A stretch of DNA of 64,000 bases from Oscillatoria acuminata PCC 6304. GTDB lineage: Bacteria; Cyanobacteriota; Cyanobacteriia; Cyanobacteriales; Laspinemataceae. The notes beneath the pieces are model-generated. The model was not told the DNA's origin. It was given only the letters and a program-made list of their open reading frames with translations, and searched no databases. This document shows positions 1-9,539 of the stretch, piece by piece. Location of the stretch: positions 3,839,227 through 3,903,226 of the forward strand of contig NC_019693.1 in the NCBI RefSeq assembly GCF_000317105.1. The letters run 5' to 3'. The translations under genes and the position numbers were made by a program. Within the stretch, counting starts at the first letter, position 1. The number at the start of each line of letters is the position of its first letter.

Positions 1-63
1 CCCTCTGCGAGTCCAGCCTCAAACCGCATTGGGAATTTCTCGGATCCTAGAGTTCAGCTTGGG

Positions 64-1086
64 TTAGGGACTGGGTAAGACATTTTTAAAGTTACTTGGC
101 CCTTGATAGCCGGATAATTCCGCTAATTCAGAGAGCGATCGCACCCCTGAATACTGTTCCCCGTTAATGATCCAGGTGGGATATCCCGTAATTTCAGCCC
201 CTCGGCAGAGTTGGGGTTGGGCATTTTGGCCTTTGGGATCGCATTCAATGTAGTCAATCTCACTCACTGCTGGTCTTCCAAACAGTTCCTTTTGTTCATG
301 GCAGTGCGGACACCAATAGGCACTATAATTTTTGGCCCCTACTGCAGTGAGATGTCGAGCTAAGGCGATTTCAGCTTCACCGGATGAGGTGGAAATCGGC
401 CAGCCCGTATTGGAGGGCGGGACTCCAGCCTGACGCTGAACAATCGAGTTGTCTGCGGAAACTGCGGTCCCGGGGTTATTGACATTGGCATAGACCCCCA
501 GGGCTCCAATTAGGGTAATCATGCCGACAATAATGCCGGTAAAGAAGAGTTGGCCGCGATCGGGCCAATCTCGCCCAATAATGGTTAAGACAAACAGCAG
601 CACTGAAAATATCCCTGAAACCACACAGTAAGGACAGAGGGCTTGCAGGGGAAACAACATGACATAAGTCAGGTATAGACTAAACACCAGCATCACGGTG
701 GCCAGCCCAAACATGAGCAACCAGGATGTGTTGTCTAACTGCGATTTCAAATCTTTTTGGGTCTCTTCTTTGACCAGCAGGGGAGCAAAGGCCAAAATAG
801 CCATTGTGGTATAGCCTAAAAACCCAAATAGGGTCAGGGGCAAGCCAAAGATTTTGGCATATTCGCTTTCTAAGACAATTTGGCAGCCTGTGGTGGGACA
901 AACTGCTGCAGCGGAGCCGGTGAACTCAACGACGGTCAAAAAAGCGGTTTCTAAAAGCCCCAAAACTGCGATCGCGCCGATGAGATAACGCGACCAGCGG
1001 TAAATCCACGGAGTAGAACGTCGGCGTCTCATAAGAAAAATTTGGTAATGTGCAAACCGAGAGTTTTTAAACCTCGGAGGAAACAA
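64..1086 (-). CDS. Vitamin K epoxide reductase (VKOR) homolog fused to a C-terminal thioredoxin-like domain
   Basis: N-terminal multi-TM region with loop Cys pair (VCPTTGC) and TM CxxC (CPYC); C-terminal Trx-like WCPHC motif. This is the architecture of cyanobacterial VKOR-Trx fusions. Confidence 0.85.
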   Translation of the reverse strand: MFPPRFKNSRFAHYQIFLMRRRRSTPWIYRWSRYLIGAIAVLGLLETAFLTVVEFTGSAAAVCPTTGCQIVLESEYAKIFGLPLTLFGFLGYTTMAILAFAPLLVKEETQKDLKSQLDNTSWLLMFGLATVMLVFSLYLTYVMLFPLQALCPYCVVSGIFSVLLFVLTIIGRDWPDRGQLFFTGIIVGMITLIGALGVYANVNNPGTAVSADNSIVQRQAGVPPSNTGWPISTSSGEAEIALARHLTAVGAKNYSAYWCPHCHEQKELFGRPAVSEIDYIECDPKGQNAQPQLCRGAEITGYPTWIINGEQYSGVRSLSELAELSGYQGPSNFKNVLPSP

Positions 1087-1556
1087 GCATCACAGGGGTT
1101 AAACCCCGGTGAGCATTGATGATCACTATCGCCTTGGGGTGACTTGGCCTGGGGTGCTTTTGTGATGCACTTTCAACGGGACAATTACCGCCTCAAACGT
1201 TTTACCCTGTACGCATAGTATTTTTTGGGGTAGGCACCCCTTCCATTCCGGGAGCGATACCCGCTTAATTTATGTTATCGGTCGGTTCTATTGTTGAACA
1301 GACTCTCTTCATCGGGGTAAAACGGTTTAATGCTCCAGTTTTAGAGCCAGGAATTTGCTTCGCATTCCTATTTCTAGATATAGTCTCAATTAAGACTTGG
1401 GCGGGCCAACGACCTGAAGAGGCAAGGGATTCAGAATCGTTCCTCTCGACGAATAATCTCGTTGGATTGCTCAAATCGCAAAGCCAGGACAATTTGATTG
1501 TGGCATATTCAATCCGGGGAAGGGGGAATGATCAAGGCCGAAGGAGGAATGCCGCA

Positions 1557-1600
1557 GGATGAAGGGGGAGGGATACGGGATGAAGGGGGAGGGATACGGG
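1557..1600. repeat. 2x tandem 22-nt repeat GGGATGAAGGGGGAGGGATACG plus further GGGATGA motifs, adjacent to a 9-bp-stem hairpin
   Basis: GGGATGAAGGGGGAGGGATACGGGATGAAGGGGGAGGGATACGGGATGA...; hairpin ATCAGGATG...CATCCTGAT at ~1645-1690 with CCGGCTTTTT on the minus strand (possible btpA terminator). Confidence 0.5.
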
Positions 1601-1719
1601 ATGATTTTAGGAACCTGGATGAACCGATCGCAAATCGGGATGAAAAAGCCGGATCAGGATGAGGGCTGAATTTTCCCCCTGCATCCTGATGCCTTCATTG
1701 AGATTTTTTCATCCAGCCC

Positions 1720-2625
1720 TCACCCCGAATGTAGCTTGATAGCCGCCAGTGACGAGGGTGGAGTTTCGAGGGAGAGACTCCGGCGAGTGGCTTCTACGAA
1801 TTGACTGACTCGAATTGGATCAATGGGTTGTTCCAGTTGTCCATGTCGTTTGAGGGAACTACAGACAATGACGCCATTGGCTGCCTGGATTAAGGTAGAA
1901 ATATTCTCCCAGTTGGCACCACTGCCAATAAAGACGGGAGTGCCTTTAGCCGCAGCGATCGCCAGTTCTAAATCTTCAAAAGAAGGGGGGTTCCCGGTGG
2001 CCCAACCGGACAGAATCACCCCATCGGCTAAACCGCGCTGAATGGTTTCTTGCACAGCGGTGGTGAGGTTGGGGGAACCCAAGGGCCGTGCGTGCTTCAC
2101 CAAAACATCAGCCAGGATTTTGACGTCGCTGCCGAGTTCTCGCCGATAGCGCAGCAGTTGATGCGCTTGTCCTTCGATTAAGCCTTGATCCGTCGCCATG
2201 ACCCCAGTGAGGACATTGACCCGGATAAAGCTGGCACCGACACAGGAGGCGATCGCCAATCCACTCAAGGCATCATTTCGCAAAACGTTGATTCCGATCG
2301 GCACCGTTACCAAGTTCATCAGCCGATCTACGATCAGGGTCATTGCACTCACGACGGCTGGATCGACCTGGCCGTTCGTAAAGGGAGCATCAAAGAAATT
2401 TTCGACAATAATGCCATCAACCCCGCCTGATGCCAACGCTGTGGCCTCTCGCTCGGCTCGCTCAATGACAGTTTTGAGGCTGCCCCCCCACCTCGGAGAG
2501 GTCGGCAGGGGCAGTAAATGGACAACACCAATAATCGGATTCGGGGTTTTGAAGAGCTGTTTTAAGTCCACGTTGTTACTATCTCGGACGCCACAAGAAC
2601 GTTGGGTCAACCAATATACTGACAA
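1720..2625 (-). CDS. btpA: BtpA-family (photosystem I biogenesis) protein
   Basis: N-terminal 'IIGVVHLLPLPTSPRWGG ... GGVDGIIVENFFDAPF' matches the BtpA TIM-barrel family signature. Confidence 0.75.
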   Translation of the reverse strand: MSVYWLTQRSCGVRDSNNVDLKQLFKTPNPIIGVVHLLPLPTSPRWGGSLKTVIERAEREATALASGGVDGIIVENFFDAPFTNGQVDPAVVSAMTLIVDRLMNLVTVPIGINVLRNDALSGLAIASCVGASFIRVNVLTGVMATDQGLIEGQAHQLLRYRRELGSDVKILADVLVKHARPLGSPNLTTAVQETIQRGLADGVILSGWATGNPPSFEDLELAIAAAKGTPVFIGSGANWENISTLIQAANGVIVCSSLKRHGQLEQPIDPIRVSQFVEATRRSLSLETPPSSLAAIKLHSG

Positions 2626-3097
2626 AGACTTTTAAGTAAGTCTTGACCCGCTCAAAGCGGGACTGTTGGATCCCGGCCTGGAGTGCGATCGCGATTCCTA
2701 TCGCCTAATAAATTAAGCCGGTATCGCTAGGTCACACCCAGGCCGGTTTTTACCAACTGAGGACCCGAGGCGTGCCTCGGATTACCTCCCTGAGTCGTTA
2801 GACTCACTCGTGCCACTATGTTCATTGTACTGCCGTGGCGAACCAAAGCTATCAAGTCATCAAATCTGCCCGTTGTCATGACTGGGGAACGCGACATTGG
2901 CCAGAGGTCAGGTTATGAAACGGTTTAGGTTAAGTTTTGTAGCATCAACCCTAGGATCAGCACAAATACGGAGACAACGAAAGTCGCCCTTCTCGGGGAT
3001 AAAATGTTGATACTTGTTTTAATCTAGGGTTTTTTTGGGGGGATATTTTGCAGCAAATGTCCGGAAGAGTCTCCAAAACCCATGAAAAATTTAAGGA

Positions 3098-3127
3098 TTG
3101 ACATCCGTGCAATCACTGAGTTAAGAT
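3098..3127 (+). promoter_or_regulatory. sigma70-type promoter (TTGACA-18 bp-TAAGAT)
   Basis: Perfect -35 TTGACA at 3098-3103 and -10 TAAGAT at 3122-3127 (keeps -12T, -11A, -7T). Confidence 0.45.
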
Positions 3128-3133
3128 AGAACT

Positions 3134-3297
3134 CTAAAGCACAAGCGACATCCCCAAGGCAGTTGCTGCTACCAGAATTAGAAGTTCCACGGGAATCAGA
3201 AACCCCAGCGCATCAATCGGGGACATCCCTGGAAGCATTCACAGTGTTCATTGTTCACCCTCGGTCTGGGTTAGAGTTACTCTAGCCCAGTTTTTCT
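3134..3297 (+). ncRNA. Candidate ~165-nt small RNA delimited by promoter and intrinsic terminator
   Basis: No ORF longer than 13 codons between the promoter (3098-3127) and the 11-bp GC-rich hairpin + UUUUU (3265-3297). Confidence 0.3.
3265..3297 (+). terminator. Rho-independent terminator
   Basis: CTGGGTTAGAG-tta-CTCTAGCCCAG (11 bp, one G.U) followed by TTTTTCTTT. Confidence 0.55.
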
Positions 3298-3401
3298 TTG
3301 GAAATTACCCCGGAATCCTCAAGGGCAGTAGCGATCGCCTCAAATTCCGATTAACATAGAAAAATCAACCCCCCATTACTGGAAGGGCCAAGGCATCAAG
3401 T

Positions 3402-4589
3402 ATGACGGTAGCAAAACCCATTGCAGTTCGCTCCAAAAAAACGCGCATCCCCCATCGCATTGCCAACTGGCTGGAAACTCATTGGGTAACCCCCGCCTAT
3501 GCCGGTTGGTTACTCTTAATTCTGGCCATATTTTTCTTTGGCGCGGCCACCAATACAATGGCCGGATGGCTGTATGTGATCAGTGGGGTGAGTTTTGCCT
3601 TGTTGGGAACTGCCGCCTGGTTGCCGGTGCGATCGCTTCAGGATTTACAAGTCCATCGCACCCCCATCGAACCCGTCAGCGCCGGGGAAGACCTCACCCT
3701 TGATCTGGCGATCGCCAATCAGACAGCAAAGCCAAAAACCTTGGTGCAAGTCGAGGATCTGATTCCTTTTGTCTTGGGAACACCCATGAAATCGGCCATC
3801 GAAGAAATCCCCCCACATGGCATTCATCATTGGGTCTACTACTACCCCACCCAACGGCGCGGTATTTATCGCTGGCATGAGGTCCAGTTAAGATCCGCCA
3901 CTCCCCTGGGGTTATTTTGGTGCAGGCGATCGCGCCAGGTCCCAGCGACCGCCGTAGTCTATCCCCAAGTTTTACCCCTGACTCACTGTCCTCTAGTCGA
4001 TCGCATGGGTCAAGAAGATAGCCTCCTGGTTCATAGCGATCGGCGCGCTGAAATGGCAAGCGAAGGCATCACCCGCACAGTCCGACCCTACCGATATGGC
4101 GACCCCACTCGCTTAATCCATTGGCGCAGCAGTGCACGCTTCGGGGAATTGCGGGTCCGGGAATTAGAAGTGTCCACCGGAGGACAAGAAGTAATTATTG
4201 CCCTCGATAGCGGCAGTTCTTGGAATTTAGAAGATTTTGAAGCAGCGGTGATTGCAGCAGCTTCTTTATACTGCTACGCCGAACGCTGTCAACTCAATGT
4301 CCGACTCTGGACTGCCGGCACAGGTTTGGTGCATGGCAATAACCGAGTCTTAGAAGCCTTAGCCGCAACCCAATCTAGAGAAGAAGATGCAACGGTGGGG
4401 GAACCTCCGTTTTTACCCTTAATCTGGCTGACCCAAAATAGCGCCAGTCTTAATCATTTACCCCGAGGTAGTCGCTGGGTATTCTGGCCGTCAGAGAGTC
4501 AAAAAGCTCCAGTGAATCAGGATTTTCGCGGTCTGGAAATTCAAGCGGATAAACCTTTGCAGCTTCAGTTGCAGTCATCGGAAGGATAA
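3402..4589 (+). CDS. DUF58 domain-containing membrane protein
   Basis: N-terminal TM helices; hallmark DUF58 motif 'RPYRYGDPTRLIHWRSSARFGELRVRELE'. Confidence 0.8.
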   Translation: MTVAKPIAVRSKKTRIPHRIANWLETHWVTPAYAGWLLLILAIFFFGAATNTMAGWLYVISGVSFALLGTAAWLPVRSLQDLQVHRTPIEPVSAGEDLTLDLAIANQTAKPKTLVQVEDLIPFVLGTPMKSAIEEIPPHGIHHWVYYYPTQRRGIYRWHEVQLRSATPLGLFWCRRSRQVPATAVVYPQVLPLTHCPLVDRMGQEDSLLVHSDRRAEMASEGITRTVRPYRYGDPTRLIHWRSSARFGELRVRELEVSTGGQEVIIALDSGSSWNLEDFEAAVIAAASLYCYAERCQLNVRLWTAGTGLVHGNNRVLEALAATQSREEDATVGEPPFLPLIWLTQNSASLNHLPRGSRWVFWPSESQKAPVNQDFRGLEIQADKPLQLQLQSSEG

Positions 4590-4615
4590 AGGCGCAAGAT
4601 TCATTCTGGATGGTT

Positions 4616-5476
4616 TTATGGGGTTTGAGTAGCTAAGACGGCTTCGCAAATGGGCGATCGCAAGGCTTCTACATAACTGGGCCACCCAATTAAAATCGGT
4701 TGTTTGTGAATCAAGGTATCCGAGGAAAGCGCGGAGGGTTCAAAACTTAGGGGTTTTCCCTCTAAATCACAACAGACTAATCCCGCTGCTTTGGCAAGGG
4801 CCACAGGACCCGCAGTATCCCAAAGTTTGACTCGGCCATTCAGATACAGATAGAGTCCGGCGCGTCCATAAATGACTTCCATCACTTTCAGACCAAAACT
4901 GCCGAGGGAGGAATAACAGATGCCTGGGACTAATTGGGCGATCGCCTCACCAAAGTTTCGTTGGTCCCGGTCCCCCAGCATAATCGGACAGGCGGATGAG
5001 TTCGGTGGCGGGGGTTCCACAGGAGATAACGGTTCCACCGCTGAACCCCCGACGGCTTGAAACAGTCCCCAGTCTGTCCCGCCATAATACAACTGCTGTA
5101 AAGCGGGGGCGTAGATCCAACCGGCGATCGGTTGAAAATTTGAGAGTAAGCCAATCATTACAGAGTAATGGGGCTTCCCTTGAATAAATCCTTCGGTCCC
5201 ATCCAGGGGGTCAATGCACCAGAGTTGTTCGCGATCGCCATTAAATGCCAGTCGCGATCGCTCGTTTTCTTCCGTAATAATTCCATCTTGGGGAAATAAC
5301 TCAGAAAATCCGCTGCTTAACAGGCGATCGAGTTCTCGATCCACGCTGGTGACATAATCTTCTGGCCCTTTTTCCGATACCGAGTAAGGTTGTTTCGCCA
5401 ACTCTTCAGCCCGGGTCCCGCATTGGTAGATTAAGTCTCGGATTTTTCGTTCTAGCTCAACGGAGAAAGTTTGCAT
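4616..5476 (-). CDS. Inositol monophosphatase family protein (CysQ-like 3'(2'),5'-bisphosphate nucleotidase)
   Basis: Metal-binding motifs 'WCIDPLDGTEGF' and 'WDTAGPVALAKAAG' typical of the IMPase/CysQ superfamily. Confidence 0.75.
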   Translation of the reverse strand: MQTFSVELERKIRDLIYQCGTRAEELAKQPYSVSEKGPEDYVTSVDRELDRLLSSGFSELFPQDGIITEENERSRLAFNGDREQLWCIDPLDGTEGFIQGKPHYSVMIGLLSNFQPIAGWIYAPALQQLYYGGTDWGLFQAVGGSAVEPLSPVEPPPPNSSACPIMLGDRDQRNFGEAIAQLVPGICYSSLGSFGLKVMEVIYGRAGLYLYLNGRVKLWDTAGPVALAKAAGLVCCDLEGKPLSFEPSALSSDTLIHKQPILIGWPSYVEALRSPICEAVLATQTP

Positions 5477-5651
5477 ATAAACATATCAATAGGATTTGAC
5501 TCAGGCTTATTCTAACCCCAGGACTTGTTTCTAATCTTGTGGATATTGTGGCGCTCAATGACAGATTCGTGTTTTAAACTCGCTAAGGCTGGGGTCGTTG
5601 ATGAGTAGAAGACCAATTGGAAGGAATTGATGAGAGTTCTGTGGGATTAGA

Positions 5652-6710
5652 TTAGCGGTTTATTGAGGAGATCGCGTGGTCGAGCAACTCTGCCAAATCA
5701 TATTTTCCCTCGGCAGCGAACTGGGAACGAAATTTCTCTAAGTGTGCTTTCGCCTCTTTGCGTTTTACTTGCAAGTATAGAACGTAGGCGATTCCGTAGT
5801 GGGCCTCAATATCCTCCGGCTGATGGGAAATTCTCGCCTGATATTCCTCTAACCGTTGTTGACGTTTTTGATTTCCCCCTAGCATTAGACCCAGGAGTTC
5901 TCCCGGTTGAGGAAGCAACGACCTCGGATCTGTTGTCACGGTTGGTTCTACCCCGAGAAAGTTCTGTATTTCTTGAGTGACCCGGAATGTTTCATCATAT
6001 CCGGAACTGCTGAACGTTACGGGAAAGGTTTCGCCAGAAGTTAGCATCAGTTTGATGAAATAGCTGTAGCAGCTACTCCTCACCCGTTGCACATAACTCC
6101 GGGCAATATTCCGCAGGGGATGTTCAATCCGTTTGGTCCCCAGGAGTCCACGGCGGGTGAGAATAAACTGATTGGAGAGTTTGTCAAATTCGATGATAAT
6201 GATTTGGCCGAAGAAGCAAATGATTAACAGACCAATCCCTGAGAACAAGATGGAGGGGATGACCCTCAACCCAAACAAACTAAACAAATCTTCTGCGATC
6301 GCCAAGTTGGATTGGGTTGAATCTTGCACAAATTGGTTAATGCGATCGGCTTGTTCCTGATGGTGAGTGCGATCATCGGAACTGGAAAAATCGCTTAGGG
6401 GAATGGATTTTTCCGGGAGTAAGAGAACAACCTGATAAGTGGTATTCCCTTCGCTGCTGGGATTAGAGACGACCTCGGTCCCCTGTAAGTCTTCTAGGGG
6501 AAAGGTTTGGCGGCGAGTTTGCCACAGGGTAGACTGGAGTATTTCACAAGTCCCGGAACTATCCGGCAGGCGATCGCAAGTCAAACTGGTTTTCCCCATT
6601 AACAGACTGGGGAGTAAACCGGCGATCGTGAAAAGTCCCCCAAAGATCCAAATGAACCAGGGGATCAGCCGTAGGGTTAACTGAGTTGATGTCCGTTGTA
6701 TAACTTTCAT
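5652..6710 (-). CDS. Hypothetical membrane protein with C-terminal TPR-like helical tail
   Basis: Long ORF with N-terminal and internal hydrophobic helices; no recognisable catalytic motif. Confidence 0.4.
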   Translation of the reverse strand: MKVIQRTSTQLTLRLIPWFIWIFGGLFTIAGLLPSLLMGKTSLTCDRLPDSSGTCEILQSTLWQTRRQTFPLEDLQGTEVVSNPSSEGNTTYQVVLLLPEKSIPLSDFSSSDDRTHHQEQADRINQFVQDSTQSNLAIAEDLFSLFGLRVIPSILFSGIGLLIICFFGQIIIIEFDKLSNQFILTRRGLLGTKRIEHPLRNIARSYVQRVRSSCYSYFIKLMLTSGETFPVTFSSSGYDETFRVTQEIQNFLGVEPTVTTDPRSLLPQPGELLGLMLGGNQKRQQRLEEYQARISHQPEDIEAHYGIAYVLYLQVKRKEAKAHLEKFRSQFAAEGKYDLAELLDHAISSINR

Positions 6711-6758
6711 CGAGACTTCTTCTGTATTCCGGGAAGCAATTCTATTTTATACTAAACA

Positions 6759-6793
6759 GAAAAAACGGGCTAACCTATGGTAGGTTAACCCGT
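6759..6793 (-). terminator. Rho-independent terminator of the ycf46 / DUF1257 operon
   Basis: On the minus strand: 13-bp stem (one mismatch) ACGGGTTAACCTA/TAGGTTAGCCCGT followed by TTTTTT; sits 25 nt past the DUF1257 gene stop. Confidence 0.6.
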
Positions 6794-6817
6794 AATTCAA
6801 GGGAACGCGCTCTATGT

Positions 6818-7168
6818 TTACTGAACAACGAGCTTAACGTTAGCGTTTTGCAGACCGGGACGACGAACTTCATTGAGAGTCTTATTAACCGCGTACTTCT
6901 GGTTAATGGCGTTGATCAGTTCGGTCTGATTGTGCTTCTTAGCAACGCCCCACAGGTCAGCGATCAAGTCGTAGGTGCCGTCGCTGTTGCGAGACCAGCC
7001 CAGATCATATTCGCCTTCGAGAACTGCAACCAAGTCGGAACGAACACGCTGGCCATTGTAACCACGAACGTCCGCATCGGATTTAACGCTGATGCCTAAG
7101 TCACGCAGAGAAGTCTTGAGGATTTCGGCATCGGTAATTTTGGTACGAAGAGTGCTAAAGTGAGACAT
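6818..7168 (-). CDS. DUF1257-like small protein (partner of ycf46)
   Basis: 116-aa conserved-looking protein immediately downstream of ycf46 on the same strand and followed by an intrinsic terminator. Family assignment is from memory of DUF1257/ycf46 linkage. Confidence 0.5.
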   Translation of the reverse strand: MSHFSTLRTKITDAEILKTSLRDLGISVKSDADVRGYNGQRVRSDLVAVLEGEYDLGWSRNSDGTYDLIADLWGVAKKHNQTELINAINQKYAVNKTLNEVRRPGLQNANVKLVVQ

Positions 7169-7304
7169 TGGATTTCCTCCAGTAAGATAGTTAAAGAAAC
7201 GACAACATTTGGGTTTGAAGGGAACCGCGATTGCGGTTTTCGGACACTGCTAACCCGATATATGTGGGTTAGCCTTTGCTCCTGGAAAATCCAGGAGAAA
7301 GCCT

Positions 7305-8819
7305 TTAGAACTCCATGCGCTGGTATTCAGCGACGGAAGAAGCAGCTGGTCTAGCTCGCTGTCTGGCCCAATCTCTCAGGGCAGTGACCTGTTCGGTCAT
7401 GGTCTTGGACAGCGGTAGCGTAGACTTAATCGAGGCGATGATGTCTAGCTGCGTAAATTCTCTGTCTTGAGCAAACGCCTCGTACATAGCTGCAATCACA
7501 GCTTGTTCGATTTCTGCCCCGGAAAATCCATCCGAGACTTTCGCCAGTTGCTCGATATCGAAGCGATCGATCTCTCGACGCCGTTTGCTCAAGTGAATCT
7601 TAAAAATATCTTGGCGTTCTTCGTTGTTAGGAAGGTCAACAAAGAAGATTTCATCAAATCGTCCCTTTCTGAGGAACTCGCCCGGTAGTCTTTCGACTCG
7701 GTTGGCTGTTGCCATCACGAACACGGGGGAGGTTTTTTCTTGCATCCAGGTCAGGAATGAACCAAAGATGCGACTAGAGGTGCCTCCATCGGAGTCCGAT
7801 GACCCACCGCTTCCACCAAATGCTTTATCTAATTCATCGATAAATAGCAGCACTGGGGAAATGGATTCGGCTGTTTTCAGGGCGTTGCGAAGGTTAGCTT
7901 CCGATCGCCCCACCATTGAACCGTCATACACTCGACCCATGTCCAATCGGAGTAAGGGTAAACCCCATAGGCGGGCGGTCGTTTTGGCAATCATTGACTT
8001 GCCACAACCCGGAACCCCAAGAATTAACATTCCTTTCGGTTGAGGTAATCCATATTCTCGCGCCCTTTCCGTAAAGGCATTGGACCGTTGTCTAAGCCAG
8101 CGTTTCAGTTCTTCAAGACCGCCGACGGAATCTAGGGTTTCATCCTCTTCTATATAATCGAGAATCCCATTGCGTCGAATGAGTTGTTTTTTCTCGGATA
8201 GAACGATTTCTACTTCAGATTCTGTCAGTTTCCCACTGGTGACTTGCGCTTTGCGATAGACTTTTTCGGCTTCATCTCGCGTCAGACCGAGGGCGGCTTT
8301 TAAAAGTTTTTCCCGCGTTTCAGTCGTGATTTTGCGAGTCCGACTCGTCTCTAGTTGCTGAGATAGCACCTGATTGAGTTCTGCCAGGTCTGGCAGAGCA
8401 AAGTCAATGACGACGACTTCTTTCTCAAGCTCGATGGGAACTTGCTGGAGCGGTGACATCAGGATGATGGCTTTTTGCGTGCCTTTAAAACTGGCGATCG
8501 CATCTCTCAACCACCGATTGGTTGCCGGAGAATCGATAAACGGATGTAAATCTTTGAAGATAAACAAACCAGGCTCGCGTTGCCGTACCACCCACTCAAT
8601 GGCCGCTTCTGGCGACACAGTATTGTGTTGGGTAACGTTGCGGGGTTGACCATACTCCACGATCCCGTGCGTGACAGTCCAGATAAAGACTTTACGCTGG
8701 GGCTTGATCTGAGCAATCGTTGCGATCGCCTGCTCGGCCCGTTCTTCCTCGGAGGTCACGAGGTAGATTAAAGGATATTGAGCTTGGATTAAGATATTGA
8801 GCTCTTCTTTCATGACCAT
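7305..8819 (-). CDS. ycf46: Ycf46-type AAA+ ATPase
   Basis: ~500 aa; Walker A 'GVPGCGKS', Walker B 'LLFIDELDKAF', second region of homology; typical cyanobacterial Ycf46 length and domain order. Confidence 0.85.
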   Translation of the reverse strand: MVMKEELNILIQAQYPLIYLVTSEEERAEQAIATIAQIKPQRKVFIWTVTHGIVEYGQPRNVTQHNTVSPEAAIEWVVRQREPGLFIFKDLHPFIDSPATNRWLRDAIASFKGTQKAIILMSPLQQVPIELEKEVVVIDFALPDLAELNQVLSQQLETSRTRKITTETREKLLKAALGLTRDEAEKVYRKAQVTSGKLTESEVEIVLSEKKQLIRRNGILDYIEEDETLDSVGGLEELKRWLRQRSNAFTERAREYGLPQPKGMLILGVPGCGKSMIAKTTARLWGLPLLRLDMGRVYDGSMVGRSEANLRNALKTAESISPVLLFIDELDKAFGGSGGSSDSDGGTSSRIFGSFLTWMQEKTSPVFVMATANRVERLPGEFLRKGRFDEIFFVDLPNNEERQDIFKIHLSKRRREIDRFDIEQLAKVSDGFSGAEIEQAVIAAMYEAFAQDREFTQLDIIASIKSTLPLSKTMTEQVTALRDWARQRARPAASSVAEYQRMEF

Positions 8820-8919
8820 CGACCTTCTACAAACGGTGCCAACAATATTGCTAGATCTTTATTGCCCCTGGGTTTAGATGCGGAGCACTAAATTTACTTC
8901 CCGGTGGAAGTGGGTGGGT

Positions 8920-9270
8920 TTAGCAGGGAACGAGTTGTTCCTCACCTTGTTGATCAGTGTTCGCGGTAACCGCTGGCACTTTCTCAACTGTCAACCCTTC
9001 GTCAGCCAATATACTCGGCTGGTTTTTGAGGGATACCATTTCTCCATCGCGCATCACGATTGAGCTGGTGCAGTCGGGACAGTTATAGACCCTATGGGTG
9101 CGCCCGTGGAATGACTCTAGTTCGTCTACCACGCCGGGATGAGTCAGGTAAAAATCTATGGCTCGTTCGGCAATGGTTGACATTGGCTCGGAGTCTACTG
9201 CGGCTCGAATCTTGAGCTGTCGATGCAGTTCTGGTGGCAGATACAATGTAACCTTTTGCTTGTCTTGCAT
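8920..9270 (-). CDS. Ribbon-helix-helix (CopG/ParD-like) domain protein with C-terminal Cys-containing tail
   Basis: N-terminus 'KVTLYLPPELHRQLKIRAAVDSEPMSTIAERAIDFYL' is a classic RHH; a CPDC motif follows. Confidence 0.5.
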   Translation of the reverse strand: MQDKQKVTLYLPPELHRQLKIRAAVDSEPMSTIAERAIDFYLTHPGVVDELESFHGRTHRVYNCPDCTSSIVMRDGEMVSLKNQPSILADEGLTVEKVPAVTANTDQQGEEQLVPC

Positions 9271-9539
9271 AGGACGCTGAATTGATTTACCCGGGTATGT
9301 GAACCATGTTAGCGATTCATTTTCAGACTGTCAAGATGCTAAACCACTTTGATGGCACTATTGTAATATTTCGTTACAATTCTCCTGGAAAATTCAGGGG
9401 AGTAGAGGGCCATTTTTACTCCGTTTTACGCTATTAGTAGAGATAGAATGCGGTGTTAATACTAGATGTAGTGTCAACAACCTTGATGCGGGGAAATGCG
9501 GTTATGGGAGGCGATCGGGCTTCAAAATCGGGGTTAAGA

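Noticed and set aside
1272-1562. 96-aa plus-strand ORF in the VKOR-btpA intergenic region.
   Set aside because: It overlaps the G-rich tandem repeats and a convergent small ORF, with no RBS or conserved motif. More likely non-coding promoter/terminator DNA.
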